A stretch of DNA of 64,000 nt. It comes from a virus. The notes under the pieces were generated by a model. The model saw nothing but the letters and a program-made list of their open reading frames with translations. It was not told the origin of the DNA and searched no databases. A program made the translations under genes and the position numbers. Of this stretch, positions 9,892-20,219 are shown in pieces; within the stretch, counting starts at the first letter, position 1; each line of letters starts with the position of its first letter. Where the stretch lies: IMG/VR virus record IMGVR_UViG_3300028392_000038, positions 32,001 through 96,000 of that record; one strand, given 5' to 3'.

Positions 9892-11022
9892 TTAGTATTC
9901 ATAGATAATATCAACCTTATCAATTGCGGCTAAACTGAATCCAGATGTAGCAGCGTTCCAATAAAGTTCATCCCCTGATGTTATAGAACTAAATGTTCTA
10001 ATAATAAGACTATCAGGACTAAAATAACAATCAACTGATGAGTATGTACCATCACCTATTCTTTGAAGTTGACCATTAATAAAAACTTGAACTCTAGAAT
10101 AATCAGTAGGTGTATAACTAATTGTTATTCCGGTTGGTGAATATTCATATAAACAAGATGTTGGTGTACCATATTGATAATAAGGTGTTCCACCACCACC
10201 GATAGCTTGTAATTGACCTAAGTTATTAATTGTGATTGTAGTTTCATCTACAGAAACACTTAAAGTAGCTCCAGCACTAAGAGTTAAACCGGGACCAGCT
10301 GTAAAACCTGTACCAGAACCAATTGTATAATTGGAAAGTAATTGTCCTACATATTGAAATGCTAATCCTTTAGGACCTAGTGATAATCCACCACCTGGAG
10401 ATGGACCAAGACCTTTCATAAAGTCTATTTTAGCAGTACCAACAAGTGATAAACCCTCAAATGTAGTTACATCAAATTGAAAGTTATACCCAGTTGTTGC
10501 TGCTAGATCCTTAGGTGTATAACCTGGATCAAATCTAATTAGACCAGAGAAGTAATCTACCTCATAATTAGCATTCGGATATGTTATCCATGAACCATCA
10601 CTTGGGTGATAAAGTCTAAACTCTAATCCTGTAGATGGAAAACCTTCAGCATTTGGAGCATCTGATGGGTTTATTAATGGTTTATTCCAATCAACAGAAG
10701 GCTCAAATCCATCAACCACAGGAGATGGAGTACCTGAGTCAAAAAACCAAGTTTGGTAATTTGAGTTAGGCAAAGGATATAAGTAAGCCAAAGAAGATGT
10801 TGATCCAACAGCTCTAATAGTAATATTATCAGCAAATGAAGAAGCTGAAGCAATAGTAGAACCACAATATGGTACTGGACTCATCCATACTTCATTGGAT
10901 TTAACATTATGAGCACTCTTATATCTTTCATTACCAGCTGTATTTGTTGATAATGTAAGAACCTTACCTAGTGCGTGGAAAAAACCACCTTTTAGCTGTA
11001 CTGTTGAATTTAAATTAGGCAT
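9892..11022 (-). CDS. Putative virion structural protein
   Basis: G/S/T-rich; C-terminal VFINGQ..IGDG..CYFS..GDELYWN domain shared with 13891-14901. Confidence 0.75.
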   Translation of the reverse strand: MPNLNSTVQLKGGFFHALGKVLTLSTNTAGNERYKSAHNVKSNEVWMSPVPYCGSTIASASSFADNITIRAVGSTSSLAYLYPLPNSNYQTWFFDSGTPSPVVDGFEPSVDWNKPLINPSDAPNAEGFPSTGLEFRLYHPSDGSWITYPNANYEVDYFSGLIRFDPGYTPKDLAATTGYNFQFDVTTFEGLSLVGTAKIDFMKGLGPSPGGGLSLGPKGLAFQYVGQLLSNYTIGSGTGFTAGPGLTLSAGATLSVSVDETTITINNLGQLQAIGGGGTPYYQYGTPTSCLYEYSPTGITISYTPTDYSRVQVFINGQLQRIGDGTYSSVDCYFSPDSLIIRTFSSITSGDELYWNAATSGFSLAAIDKVDIIYEY

Positions 11023-11036
11023 ATCTTAATTTATTT

Positions 11037-11228
11037 TTATTTTATATCATTACTTTGTTCATCACTAGGCAAACTATTATAAATTTGTCTAACTGACACA
11101 TAAAAGAAATTGAATTGTTCCTTTGTCATAGGAATTACTTGATAATTACCATCCATTTTCATAGATAAAAAGTAAACATCTTCTCCAACTTCATTTTTAA
11201 ACATTTTATTAAATTTTACATCAACCAT
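11037..11228 (-). CDS. Small hypothetical protein
   Basis: 63-aa ORF filling the gap in a co-oriented gene run. Confidence 0.6.
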   Translation of the reverse strand: MVDVKFNKMFKNEVGEDVYFLSMKMDGNYQVIPMTKEQFNFFYVSVRQIYNSLPSDEQSNDIK

Positions 11229-11271
11229 ATTGTCTTTTTATTTTTTAATTACTTATTAGATCTAACTTTTC

Positions 11272-13803
11272 TTACGATGGTGTAACAAATGTTATTTCAC
11301 TCATATATAAATTTTTTGAAGCAGCAGTACCAATAGTTGATCCATCTGCTATACCAACAAATAACCAAACCTTTCTACAAGTAAAACTTAAAGATTGTCT
11401 ATTGTAAGCGATTGCATAACCACCACCAGAACCTAAATAGTAAGTATTAGCTGTTGCTCTACCTGGATATGTAGCTGCGTTACCAGATAAGAATAAAAAC
11501 TTATCAGGTAGTGAATTACTACCACTGGAGTCAAATCCAGCCAAGATAACCAAATCTTGAGTACCTGCTGAAGATGTTTGAGTATCTCTATCTAAATATG
11601 CTTCTAAGAAGTTTGAAGGATTAAATACAAAACGACCAGTAGAGATATCAGATGAATATCCACTATTAGCTCCATAAGAAGTAACATGCCATCTATATCC
11701 ATTAAATACTAAAGGAGTTGTTGTACCAGATCCAGATCCAATATTATCATAAATATTAAATGTTTTATTTGATCCTGATAAACTAGAATAGTTAACAGAG
11801 TTAGTTTGATTTATCAAAGGAAAAAAGTTTTGAAAATTAGTTTGTGGATAAATAACTCTACCAAAAATATATTGTAACTCATCAGAAGGTAAAGTAACAT
11901 TTGATACAAAAGCAGCACTACCATTAGTAGTCAAAACACTACCTGTTAACAATCTACCTGTTTCACTTTCCAAAGGATCATTAAAGTATGACTTTGAGGC
12001 TGAGTTAACAGTATCAAATAACATAGCCTTATATCCTGAGTTATATGATGCAACAGAAGCCCAATCATATAATGTAGATGTTACTCTAGTAACACCAGAA
12101 GATGATATAGTATTATTAGATGAAAAACCAGGTATCCAATATCCTGTAGCATTTACAGTAGATGTTCTTGAATATGTTAATCCTGATTTATCCCAATTAA
12201 GATTCCAACCGGTAATAGCTGTTCCAGCGGCTTTAGTTCCATCTGAATGACCATCTAAAGTTCCAGTTGTAGACATATTAGTTGTACTAAAATCTATTTG
12301 TTTACTACTTGGAAATGTTATATCATTTAGTAAATCAACACCTGATGCTGTTAATGCAAAAGTTGAACCACTATCATAAAAAGCAACACCAGAATAATAA
12401 ACTAAAGTAGGTGTCAATTCATCAAAAACAACCGAACCAGATAAATTAGCACTAGAAGGTGATAAATCATTATCAAAGAAATAACCTGTAAGAGTAGAGA
12501 ATCTATATTCACCTGGAACCAAAGGTGAACCAGCACCCGGACCATATCCACTATTATAATGTGTAACTTTCCAACCAGTATATTTACCACCATTCGGAAA
12601 AATAGTTGATAGGTTAATAGAACCAGAAGCAGCTGCTTTATATCTATCACTATCAGGAAGAAAACTACTAACATTTATTGATAAACCAGCTGGAGTACTA
12701 TTAAAAGTACCAGTACCAGTTAATGATATTGTCATACCTCTAATTTCTGTTCCAACATCGTCAAATAATTGAAATTGTAAAGTTGTAGATAAATCATAAC
12801 AAGCAAATTCAGCCTCACTAAAAGCGGATGAAATTGTACTTGTAGCATTTCCTACAACAGGTCTTGTTGTACTAGCCGTAAAATCAGTAGAAGGTACCCA
12901 AGTACCAGTTGAATAAGAACCTGTATTACCAGGAGTAGAATTATAAGTATTTGATGTAGGATCAGCAATATATCTAGATGTAGCAGCAGTATTTAAACTA
13001 GGAGCAAAATATGCAACATAATCAGGTTGTGGTATCCATACTGTTACCGTAACTGGAGTATCTTGTGTAACTAAAACAGCTGAAGATGTTGTACCAGGAT
13101 GAGCGGGTACAGTAATAACACCACCTCTAAATATAATGTTTTCAACATTACTATAAGTCATACCGGTATTATAATCAGCAACTGATAAGTTAAATGAACC
13201 ACCCAATGATGTGAATTGCACCCAAACAATATCAGTAGTACCAATAATAGCAGTGGTATCAGGAGATGAAACAACCCAACCTTGATCAGCGTATGAATTA
13301 CCTTCTTTGATAAAACAATATTCACCACCATCTACTTCAGCAGATGGATCACCATCAAAGTCAGTAGATCTAGTTAATAAATTAGTAGTTGTGTAATCAT
13401 ATATACCATTTACCCATCTATCAGTTGTTGAGTTAACAACAATTCTATCACCAGCACTAAATGATGCTGAGTTTATACCATCAATTGAAGAAAATGAAAA
13501 TGAAAGTGTAGCTCCTACACCAGAAACACCATTACTATATGTATATCCAAATTCAGTAGTAACATCACCAATATAAATAACTCTAGCAGCTTCTTTTGGA
13601 TTTAAACCAACAGCAACAGCATCAACATATTCCTTGTTAACAACATCATTACCAACTAAAATATCAGAAGTTTCTCTTCTTAAAAAAGTACCAGAAGCAA
13701 AACTCATGGTAGCAGAGGCTGTAAATGTTACTAAACCTGAACCATTTAATTTATCTAATGATGTCGATGTATCTCTAATTTGTTTACCGTCCAACAAACC
13801 CAT
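11272..13803 (-). CDS. Putative virion structural/fibre protein
   Basis: DVVNKEYVD..AVGLNPK..AR and NGIY..LTRSTDFD motifs typical of phage fibre proteins; S/T/G-rich. Confidence 0.75.
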   Translation of the reverse strand: MGLLDGKQIRDTSTSLDKLNGSGLVTFTASATMSFASGTFLRRETSDILVGNDVVNKEYVDAVAVGLNPKEAARVIYIGDVTTEFGYTYSNGVSGVGATLSFSFSSIDGINSASFSAGDRIVVNSTTDRWVNGIYDYTTTNLLTRSTDFDGDPSAEVDGGEYCFIKEGNSYADQGWVVSSPDTTAIIGTTDIVWVQFTSLGGSFNLSVADYNTGMTYSNVENIIFRGGVITVPAHPGTTSSAVLVTQDTPVTVTVWIPQPDYVAYFAPSLNTAATSRYIADPTSNTYNSTPGNTGSYSTGTWVPSTDFTASTTRPVVGNATSTISSAFSEAEFACYDLSTTLQFQLFDDVGTEIRGMTISLTGTGTFNSTPAGLSINVSSFLPDSDRYKAAASGSINLSTIFPNGGKYTGWKVTHYNSGYGPGAGSPLVPGEYRFSTLTGYFFDNDLSPSSANLSGSVVFDELTPTLVYYSGVAFYDSGSTFALTASGVDLLNDITFPSSKQIDFSTTNMSTTGTLDGHSDGTKAAGTAITGWNLNWDKSGLTYSRTSTVNATGYWIPGFSSNNTISSSGVTRVTSTLYDWASVASYNSGYKAMLFDTVNSASKSYFNDPLESETGRLLTGSVLTTNGSAAFVSNVTLPSDELQYIFGRVIYPQTNFQNFFPLINQTNSVNYSSLSGSNKTFNIYDNIGSGSGTTTPLVFNGYRWHVTSYGANSGYSSDISTGRFVFNPSNFLEAYLDRDTQTSSAGTQDLVILAGFDSSGSNSLPDKFLFLSGNAATYPGRATANTYYLGSGGGYAIAYNRQSLSFTCRKVWLFVGIADGSTIGTAASKNLYMSEITFVTPS

Positions 13804-13832
13804 AATTTATTATTTATTTTTTAATTTATAGT

Positions 13833-13842
13833 GTATATATTA
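13833..13842 (-). promoter_or_regulatory. Late-type promoter motif (TAATATATAC)
   Basis: About 30 nt upstream of ATG 13803. Confidence 0.6.
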
Positions 13843-13890
13843 TTTATAAAATATCTGTTTTAACTTTTTTAATTATTTTTTAATTCTTTT

Positions 13891-14901
13891 TTATACTAAA
13901 TAATGAACTGAAATTCTCCAACTTGTGTATAAATCTATTCCAGCAACCAAACCATTCCAATAAAGACCATCACCTGCCTGAACAGCATTAATACCCACAA
14001 AATCTTTAGCACTAGCACCAGAATCATTACTAAAGTAACAAGAACTACTCATAGTAGAACCATCACCAACTTCAAATTCTTGACCATTAACATAAACTGA
14101 AATATAAGATTTATTAATAGGAACATTTGATAAGGTTAATCCAGAAAATTGACCATCCCCAGTTGTGTCATATGACATAATATAATTCTTATCAGCATTA
14201 CTCATTAAACCACCACCGGTAATCGGACTAACCCAATTAAATATACCATTACTATCAACCGATAATAAGTATCCGGCAGTTGGACCACTTAGTGAACTAA
14301 GAACACTAGCTGTTAAACTATTAGGTAAAACAAAAGAGGAAACAGATGGACCATAAACCGTATTTTGAACCGTATATCCAATTGTATCACTATCATTAAA
14401 ACTAGTAGTAGCACCAGCAACAAAGCTAACAAAAGCAAGGGATCCATAGTTAGAGAAAGATCCACCACTCATTACTAAACCACCATTTGCAATAACAACT
14501 TGTCCATAATTAACAAAATTACCAGCAATAGTTAAATCACCATATATCCAGTATTGATAATTTAACGGAACTAAAATATTATCACTCGGTTCAATATAAT
14601 ACTTAACACTAAGTCCTCCCCCACCGGAACCACTAAATACCTCCCAGTTATTATTATCCGTAATATCAGTGCCACCTGGATTCAATAAATTATATTGTAG
14701 TTGATATGTTTGATGATCATCAATCACATAACACATCATACCCCAATCTCTTCTCTCAACTATAATAGCATCTCTATCAGTACTAGATGTAGCGAAATGC
14801 AAACCACCTTTTATTTCAGTAGCATAAGCGGATGCTATCGGCATTGTGTCCGTTAGTGGTCTAATCGCTGCGCCTACAAGTGTACCTACATTTTGAGCCA
14901 T
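13891..14901 (-). CDS. Putative virion structural protein
   Basis: EIKGG..RDAI..RR.WGMMCYV N-terminal domain; C-terminal domain paralogous to 9892-11022. Confidence 0.75.
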   Translation of the reverse strand: MAQNVGTLVGAAIRPLTDTMPIASAYATEIKGGLHFATSSTDRDAIIVERRDWGMMCYVIDDHQTYQLQYNLLNPGGTDITDNNNWEVFSGSGGGGLSVKYYIEPSDNILVPLNYQYWIYGDLTIAGNFVNYGQVVIANGGLVMSGGSFSNYGSLAFVSFVAGATTSFNDSDTIGYTVQNTVYGPSVSSFVLPNSLTASVLSSLSGPTAGYLLSVDSNGIFNWVSPITGGGLMSNADKNYIMSYDTTGDGQFSGLTLSNVPINKSYISVYVNGQEFEVGDGSTMSSSCYFSNDSGASAKDFVGINAVQAGDGLYWNGLVAGIDLYTSWRISVHYLV

Positions 14902-14919
14902 TTTTTAATTTTTATTTTT

Positions 14920-15942
14920 TTAACTTATAGTGAATAATGATGCCATACCATAAGTAGTATTACTTACCCACACTTCATAATTCGATGTAATACCATACTG
15001 ATTAACAAGTGGTGAATTTGTTCTAACTCTTGTAAAAGCGGTATTTGGTAATCCATTTACTGAAAAAGATGGTGTGTAAGAACTGGCTACGCTACTAGGC
15101 CATGCAAATATTAAATACCAACCATTACCATCTATTCCATCATATGTTTTAGTTTTTGTTGCTGAAAGTTCACTTCCAAATGCTTGTCCATTAGCACTAG
15201 CTCCTGTTAATGATCTTATAACAGAATCTGTAGTAACAGTAGAAACCAATGATGCTAATCCCGGATTACTAGTAAGATTTGGATTTCCTATACTACTTAA
15301 ATCAATCCTACCCCAATATCTTTTATTTTGCCAATATAATGTAGCACTAGTAGAAGGAGATGAAACACCATCACTAACAGACATATAAAATGTATTTGTC
15401 TGTTGAACAGATGAGTTTATAGTAGCAACACTATAAGTACCTAAAACATTAGTTTTTGTTCCAGTTTGTGAGTTACCAGTAGGTATAATACCAGTACCAT
15501 CAACTGTTATAACAGTAATAGGAGTATTTCCATTCCTAGTAACTGACCAATTTAAACTTAATAAAGTACTATAACCAAACTCTCTTGGATTAGGAGATGA
15601 AACTGATAGAGAAACCGAAGGAGAAGCGTATGGATAGAATACTCTATCTAAAGCGTCTTGGACAGTTCCACTAAATGTAGAACCAGTAGGAACGCCACCG
15701 ATAGTAGCAGCTGTTGAAGGAAGTGTTCTGTTATAAGTAACATCATTACTACCTATACTAGCACTAAGTCCAGAAATTTTTTCCCATAAGGTAAATACGG
15801 AATCTCTAACATCTTTAGCTTGAATCTGATTAGCAGTATTATCCGGAATTTTAACCAATAGTTCCTGAATAGTACTATAACTATTAGCAGATGAACTACC
15901 ACCAGTTGGTGCGGGTGGTCCAGAATAGGTTCCTATTAACAT
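14920..15942 (-). CDS. Putative virion structural protein (Ig-like beta-rich)
   Basis: 340-aa S/T-rich ORF; late motif at 15961-15970. Confidence 0.7.
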   Translation of the reverse strand: MLIGTYSGPPAPTGGSSSANSYSTIQELLVKIPDNTANQIQAKDVRDSVFTLWEKISGLSASIGSNDVTYNRTLPSTAATIGGVPTGSTFSGTVQDALDRVFYPYASPSVSLSVSSPNPREFGYSTLLSLNWSVTRNGNTPITVITVDGTGIIPTGNSQTGTKTNVLGTYSVATINSSVQQTNTFYMSVSDGVSSPSTSATLYWQNKRYWGRIDLSSIGNPNLTSNPGLASLVSTVTTDSVIRSLTGASANGQAFGSELSATKTKTYDGIDGNGWYLIFAWPSSVASSYTPSFSVNGLPNTAFTRVRTNSPLVNQYGITSNYEVWVSNTTYGMASLFTIS

Positions 15943-16014
15943 ATTTTAAAACGCATTTTCTTATATATTAAAAATATAAAATCTATAATCATTTTAGTTT
16001 CTAATTATTTATCA

Positions 16015-16024
16015 TATATTTGTA
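16015..16024 (+). promoter_or_regulatory. Bacteroidota-type -7 promoter TATATTTGTA (early)
   Basis: Matches TAnnTTTG; identical 10-mer at 19918, 29799, 34239, 42954. Confidence 0.7.
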
Positions 16025-16026
16025 AT

Positions 16027-17190
16027 ATGAAAGAAAATCTAATTAATTTTATTGATCAAAAGTCTCCAGGTGCAATTCCACTACTTATTGTAATAAGAGG
16101 ATCTCACGCATATGGGACTAATATTGAAACTTCAGATACTGATTATTCAGGTATATTTGTTCAATCAGAAGATGATATTTTAGGAAATAAATATCTTGAA
16201 CAAATAAATGATGATAAAAATGATACTGTTATTTATGAGGTTCGTAGATTTTTAGAATTGGTTTCTAAAAATAATCCTACAGTTTTAGAATTACTTAACA
16301 CACCAGAAGATTGTATTCTATACAAAGATCCTGCTTTTGATATTATTCTTGAAAATAAAGATAAATTCATTACTAAAATTTGTGCTAATTCTTTTGGTGG
16401 ATATGCTAAGATGCAAATTCAAAAAGCTAAAGGTCAAAATAAAAAACAAAACTGGGAAAAAGATAAAGTAACTAGAAAGACCCCTCTTGATTTTTGTTAT
16501 TTGCATAAAGGAGAGAAATCATTTAATTTATCAGACTTCTTAGAAAGTAACAATATGGATCAAAAGTTTGGAGGATTATCTAAATCACCACACGGAAGAG
16601 ATGTGTATTCATTTTTCTATGATTTTATATCAGATAGTTACTTCAATGATAAAAAAAGTTTATTATTTAGATTTTTAAAACTAAAAACTATCTATCTAAA
16701 CAGAGAACCTATCGGTTTTAAAGGTATATCATTCGAAGACTCAAATGATATAAGACTGAGTTCAATACCATTCAATTGTCCAAAAAGTTTCTTTATTGGT
16801 CATGTATCTTACAATAAAGATGCTTATACTCAACATTGTAATGATTATAAATCTTACCAAACTTGGTTAAATGAGAGAAATGAGGCTCGATGGGTAGATG
16901 TTAAATCTCAAAAAATTGACGGTAAGAATATGATGCATTGTAAAAGATTAATGCAAATGTCTAGAGAGATTGCTGAAGGAAAAGGTATTATTATCCGTAG
17001 AGAAAATGCTAAAGAACTTATTTCTATTAGAAAAGGAGAGATTGATTTACAAACTTTAATTGATTCTGTTGAATTAGAAATTGTAGAAATTGATAAACTT
17101 TTTACTAATTCTAAACTACCAGATAGTGTAGATAACAATTTTATTCATGAATTGATTGTTAAAATAAGGAAACAATTATATAATAAATAG
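16027..17190 (+). CDS. Pol-beta superfamily nucleotidyltransferase (RlaP/YcgL-like)
   Basis: GSHAYG..SDTD, NNPTVLELL, SF.GYA..Q and DGKNMMHC.RL motifs. Confidence 0.85.
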   Translation: MKENLINFIDQKSPGAIPLLIVIRGSHAYGTNIETSDTDYSGIFVQSEDDILGNKYLEQINDDKNDTVIYEVRRFLELVSKNNPTVLELLNTPEDCILYKDPAFDIILENKDKFITKICANSFGGYAKMQIQKAKGQNKKQNWEKDKVTRKTPLDFCYLHKGEKSFNLSDFLESNNMDQKFGGLSKSPHGRDVYSFFYDFISDSYFNDKKSLLFRFLKLKTIYLNREPIGFKGISFEDSNDIRLSSIPFNCPKSFFIGHVSYNKDAYTQHCNDYKSYQTWLNERNEARWVDVKSQKIDGKNMMHCKRLMQMSREIAEGKGIIIRRENAKELISIRKGEIDLQTLIDSVELEIVEIDKLFTNSKLPDSVDNNFIHELIVKIRKQLYNK

Positions 17191-17193
17191 ATT

Positions 17194-17808
17194 ATGGGAA
17201 AAATACAAATAGAAGGATTGATATTTATAAGTGGATTACTAATTGGTTGTCTTATAACTTATATACTTTCTAATTTAATTAGTAGGTCTAAAAATAAAAG
17301 TATATTAAAAGATAATATAAATCAATTTATTCAAATACTTAAAAATATAAAATCAGATAAAACTAAATTCAAAAGTAGAGTAAATAACACAATCTACATA
17401 GAAACTAATTTAAGTAATTATGGTGATGTTGGTCTTGTTTGTCTTTTAGATAAAAAAGACATCTCTATTTTTAAAGATGAAAAATGCATCTATACATCTA
17501 ATCTAATAAATAGGGATTTAATAAATGAAATAACAAAAGCCATTGAATTAAAACACAATAAAGATATAAATGATGTTGTTGAGATATTAGGATTTGTTTT
17601 TTCAAGAGAAGATTTTGAAAAGTCATTCAATGTTAATATTAAAGAAATAAAAAATGGTGTTAAAAAAGAGGAGTCTGATATTGAAAAAATTCTTAAAAAG
17701 AATAAGAAAAGATTTGATATTGATGAAATCTTAGATAAGATAAGTAAAGTAGGTATTAAAAATTTAACAGAAGAAGAAAAACAATTTTTAAACAACTATA
17801 ACAAATAA
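17194..17808 (+). CDS. Membrane-anchored protein with C-terminal DUF6576-like motif
   Basis: N-terminal TM segment; C-terminal IDEILDKISKVGIKNLTEEEKQFL. Confidence 0.65.
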   Translation: MGKIQIEGLIFISGLLIGCLITYILSNLISRSKNKSILKDNINQFIQILKNIKSDKTKFKSRVNNTIYIETNLSNYGDVGLVCLLDKKDISIFKDEKCIYTSNLINRDLINEITKAIELKHNKDINDVVEILGFVFSREDFEKSFNVNIKEIKNGVKKEESDIEKILKKNKKRFDIDEILDKISKVGIKNLTEEEKQFLNNYNK

Positions 17809-17813
17809 AACTT

Positions 17814-18041
17814 ATGATAAAAGAACTAACACTGAAAAGTTACGAGTATTTAATGATTGAAACATTTAAAAGGATAAAAGAAAATAAACATTATGATGTA
17901 AACTTCAAACCTTATAGAAAAGAATTACTTAAAAATTTACTCACATTCTTTGAGGAAAGAGAAGAATATGAAAAGTGTAAAATGATACATGAACTTATGA
18001 CATCAAGATATAATCACGAATTAAACTATAAAAAAATATAA
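17814..18041 (+). CDS. Hypothetical protein
   Basis: FFEEREEYEKC motif; operonic spacing. Confidence 0.65.
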   Translation: MIKELTLKSYEYLMIETFKRIKENKHYDVNFKPYRKELLKNLLTFFEEREEYEKCKMIHELMTSRYNHELNYKKI

Positions 18042-18042
18042 T

Positions 18043-18360
18043 ATGATAGAAGGATCAACAATGAGAGTAGGAGGAAGACCTCTAAAACACTGGATTGGAA
18101 CAAAGTTACAATCTTGGGGAGCAAAAATTGCAAACAAAAATAAACATATAGTGGTAACAAATCCATCTTGTAAGTTATTTAATCCATTCACTTTAGTAGT
18201 AAATTTCACAGTGGATAATATTGATAAATATCAAGTTGTTCTACAAGGAGATTATAAAAAAATATACAAAGAGGTTGGTGATAATATACCGGAACTGACC
18301 GAAAGAGAATTATTTCTTATAATATCTGAAAACAAAAGAGAATGGTTCAAAAAAGAATAA
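18043..18360 (+). CDS. Hypothetical protein
   Basis: Tightly packed ORF. Confidence 0.6.
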   Translation: MIEGSTMRVGGRPLKHWIGTKLQSWGAKIANKNKHIVVTNPSCKLFNPFTLVVNFTVDNIDKYQVVLQGDYKKIYKEVGDNIPELTERELFLIISENKREWFKKE

Positions 18361-18361
18361 T

Positions 18362-19039
18362 ATGAATATAGTTCAAAATCCAGATGGTTCAATTTCAATT
18401 ATAGATGATGAAATTGGTCAAATAAAAGATATATCTGATTTAACATATGAAAGATCTGAAATTCCTCAATATTTAATTGATGAGTGTAATAAATTATCAC
18501 AAATTGAAGATAAAACATATTTTATATTTGACAAATCTATTTCTTCTTCTATTAAATTAAAATATAATCCAAATAAAGAAACTATTAGAGATATTAAAAT
18601 TGATGAGATTTTAGAAGATACTGGTAAATATCATATTGATGATGAATTAGGATTCAAAGACCTACCATCTAGATTTTCATACTATGATACTGAAACAAAA
18701 CTATCTGATAGATATGTTAGATATAAATTTGTATTAGACTTCATAAAAAAATTAGGATTTATACCATCTGAATTTAACTTAGGACCTGAATATGAACAAA
18801 GTTATTCACTTGAGATAAATTATACATTAAATAAACAAAATGTAGCATTAGGTGAGTATATACATAAATATATCTTAAGATTAAGACCTAATTTATTTAT
18901 ATCTATAATTTCTGATAATTCTTTTGTATATGATACATTTTTTAATAAAAATAAAATTATCAATGTTCTAAATGAAACTTGTCCGATTGAATTCAAGTCA
19001 GTAATAAGAGATATAAAAATAGAAGAGATTATGAAATAA
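18362..19039 (+). CDS. Hypothetical protein with two IRDIKIxEI motifs
   Basis: IRDIKIDEIL internal and IRDIKIEEIMK C-terminal. Confidence 0.7.
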   Translation: MNIVQNPDGSISIIDDEIGQIKDISDLTYERSEIPQYLIDECNKLSQIEDKTYFIFDKSISSSIKLKYNPNKETIRDIKIDEILEDTGKYHIDDELGFKDLPSRFSYYDTETKLSDRYVRYKFVLDFIKKLGFIPSEFNLGPEYEQSYSLEINYTLNKQNVALGEYIHKYILRLRPNLFISIISDNSFVYDTFFNKNKIINVLNETCPIEFKSVIRDIKIEEIMK

Positions 19040-19068
19040 AAAGAGGAAGATTTACTTCCTCTTTTTTT
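19038..19068. terminator. Bidirectional intrinsic terminator
   Basis: AAAAAGAGGAAG-loop-CTTCCTCTTTTT between convergent genes. Confidence 0.85.
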
Positions 19069-19897
19069 ATTTAAGTAAATTGTAATACTCGTTAAAATGT
19101 TTAATTCTATCCGGCAGTCCAATTGTTCCGCCATTTACTCTTTTTGTTACTGATGTTACGGTAGCATCATCAGCACCTTTATCACAGATAGACCAAAGTT
19201 TATTAGAATCAAAGAAGAAAGCGGCAGAAGCTAAAGGATATTTAGTAGCTACTAAATCTGGGTTACCAACTGTATCTTCTCCAATAAATTGAGCAAATTT
19301 TGTATAATTAGATTTTCCGGTTAATTGTATATAACCTCTGCCTCTAAATTTATAACCTTCTTTTGTAGACTCATCACCATTACCCATTCTATTACCATAA
19401 ACTCTTGATGCAATCATTTCTGGTTTTTTCTCATATTGAGCAGCAGTTGTTCCATCAAAATACTTACCAAAAGTTCCTAATAATCCTTTTGCACTGTAGT
19501 TTAAGTTTTCATTAACTGCTTTAAACCCACCACTTTCATGACCACATTGTGCCAGGAAGTGAGATAATCTTAAAGGATTAGTAATATTAAATTTAGCAGC
19601 AGTATCAGGTATTTGAGCGATAACAGAATCAGGAACATGTCCTTTTAATTTTTCTAATTTAAAATCACTTGGTGGAATAACAACATTTGCAACTGGTTGA
19701 CTTGTTGTAGTCTCTGATCCAAATAACTTAACCCAAGATGAATCACCAATTATACCATCAGCAGTTAAACCATTTTTTGATTGCCACTCTTTTACTAATT
19801 TTTCAGTACCAGGACCAAATGAACCATCAGCACTGGTTCCTAATTTCTCTTGGAGTTTTTTTACATCCTCTCCTTTAGATCCAACTTTTAATAACAT
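19067..19897 (-). CDS. Endolysin: PG-binding domain plus GH19 lysozyme/chitinase domain
   Basis: LLKVGSKGEDVKKLQ..DG.FGP.TE; HFLAQCGHESG, ENLNYS, FRGRGYIQLTG, VNGG..GL.DR. Confidence 0.92.
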   Translation of the reverse strand: MLLKVGSKGEDVKKLQEKLGTSADGSFGPGTEKLVKEWQSKNGLTADGIIGDSSWVKLFGSETTTSQPVANVVIPPSDFKLEKLKGHVPDSVIAQIPDTAAKFNITNPLRLSHFLAQCGHESGGFKAVNENLNYSAKGLLGTFGKYFDGTTAAQYEKKPEMIASRVYGNRMGNGDESTKEGYKFRGRGYIQLTGKSNYTKFAQFIGEDTVGNPDLVATKYPLASAAFFFDSNKLWSICDKGADDATVTSVTKRVNGGTIGLPDRIKHFNEYYNLLK

Positions 19898-19917
19898 AAT
19901 TTTATAATTTTTTTTTG

Positions 19918-19927
19918 TATATTTGTA
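19918..19927 (+). promoter_or_regulatory. Bacteroidota-type -7 promoter TATATTTGTA
   Basis: Upstream of ORF 19963; overlaps the divergent late motif of the endolysin. Confidence 0.55.
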
Positions 19928-19962
19928 TATATTGAATATTAAAAAATTAAAATTTACAATTT

Positions 19963-20199
19963 ATGGATGAAAATATAGATAAGGTTAAACCGTATCAAAG
20001 GTTACAAGCGGTTTTATCAGATGGTAAATTTTCAAAAGATTTAAAACTAACTGATAGAGGATTATCTATAATAGATGATATATTAGATGGAGGTATAGAA
20101 AAAGAAACCTTTTGGATTAAAATTAAAAGCTTTTTTTTGAAAATAGACTCTAAGATATTTGTCAAACAAAAAATAGTTAATAATTTTCAAAAAAGATGA
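19963..20199 (+). CDS. Hypothetical protein
   Basis: 78-aa ORF after early promoter motif. Confidence 0.55.
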   Translation: MDENIDKVKPYQRLQAVLSDGKFSKDLKLTDRGLSIIDDILDGGIEKETFWIKIKSFFLKIDSKIFVKQKIVNNFQKR

Positions 20200-20219
20200 G
20201 TAAATTCAAAAAAACAAAC

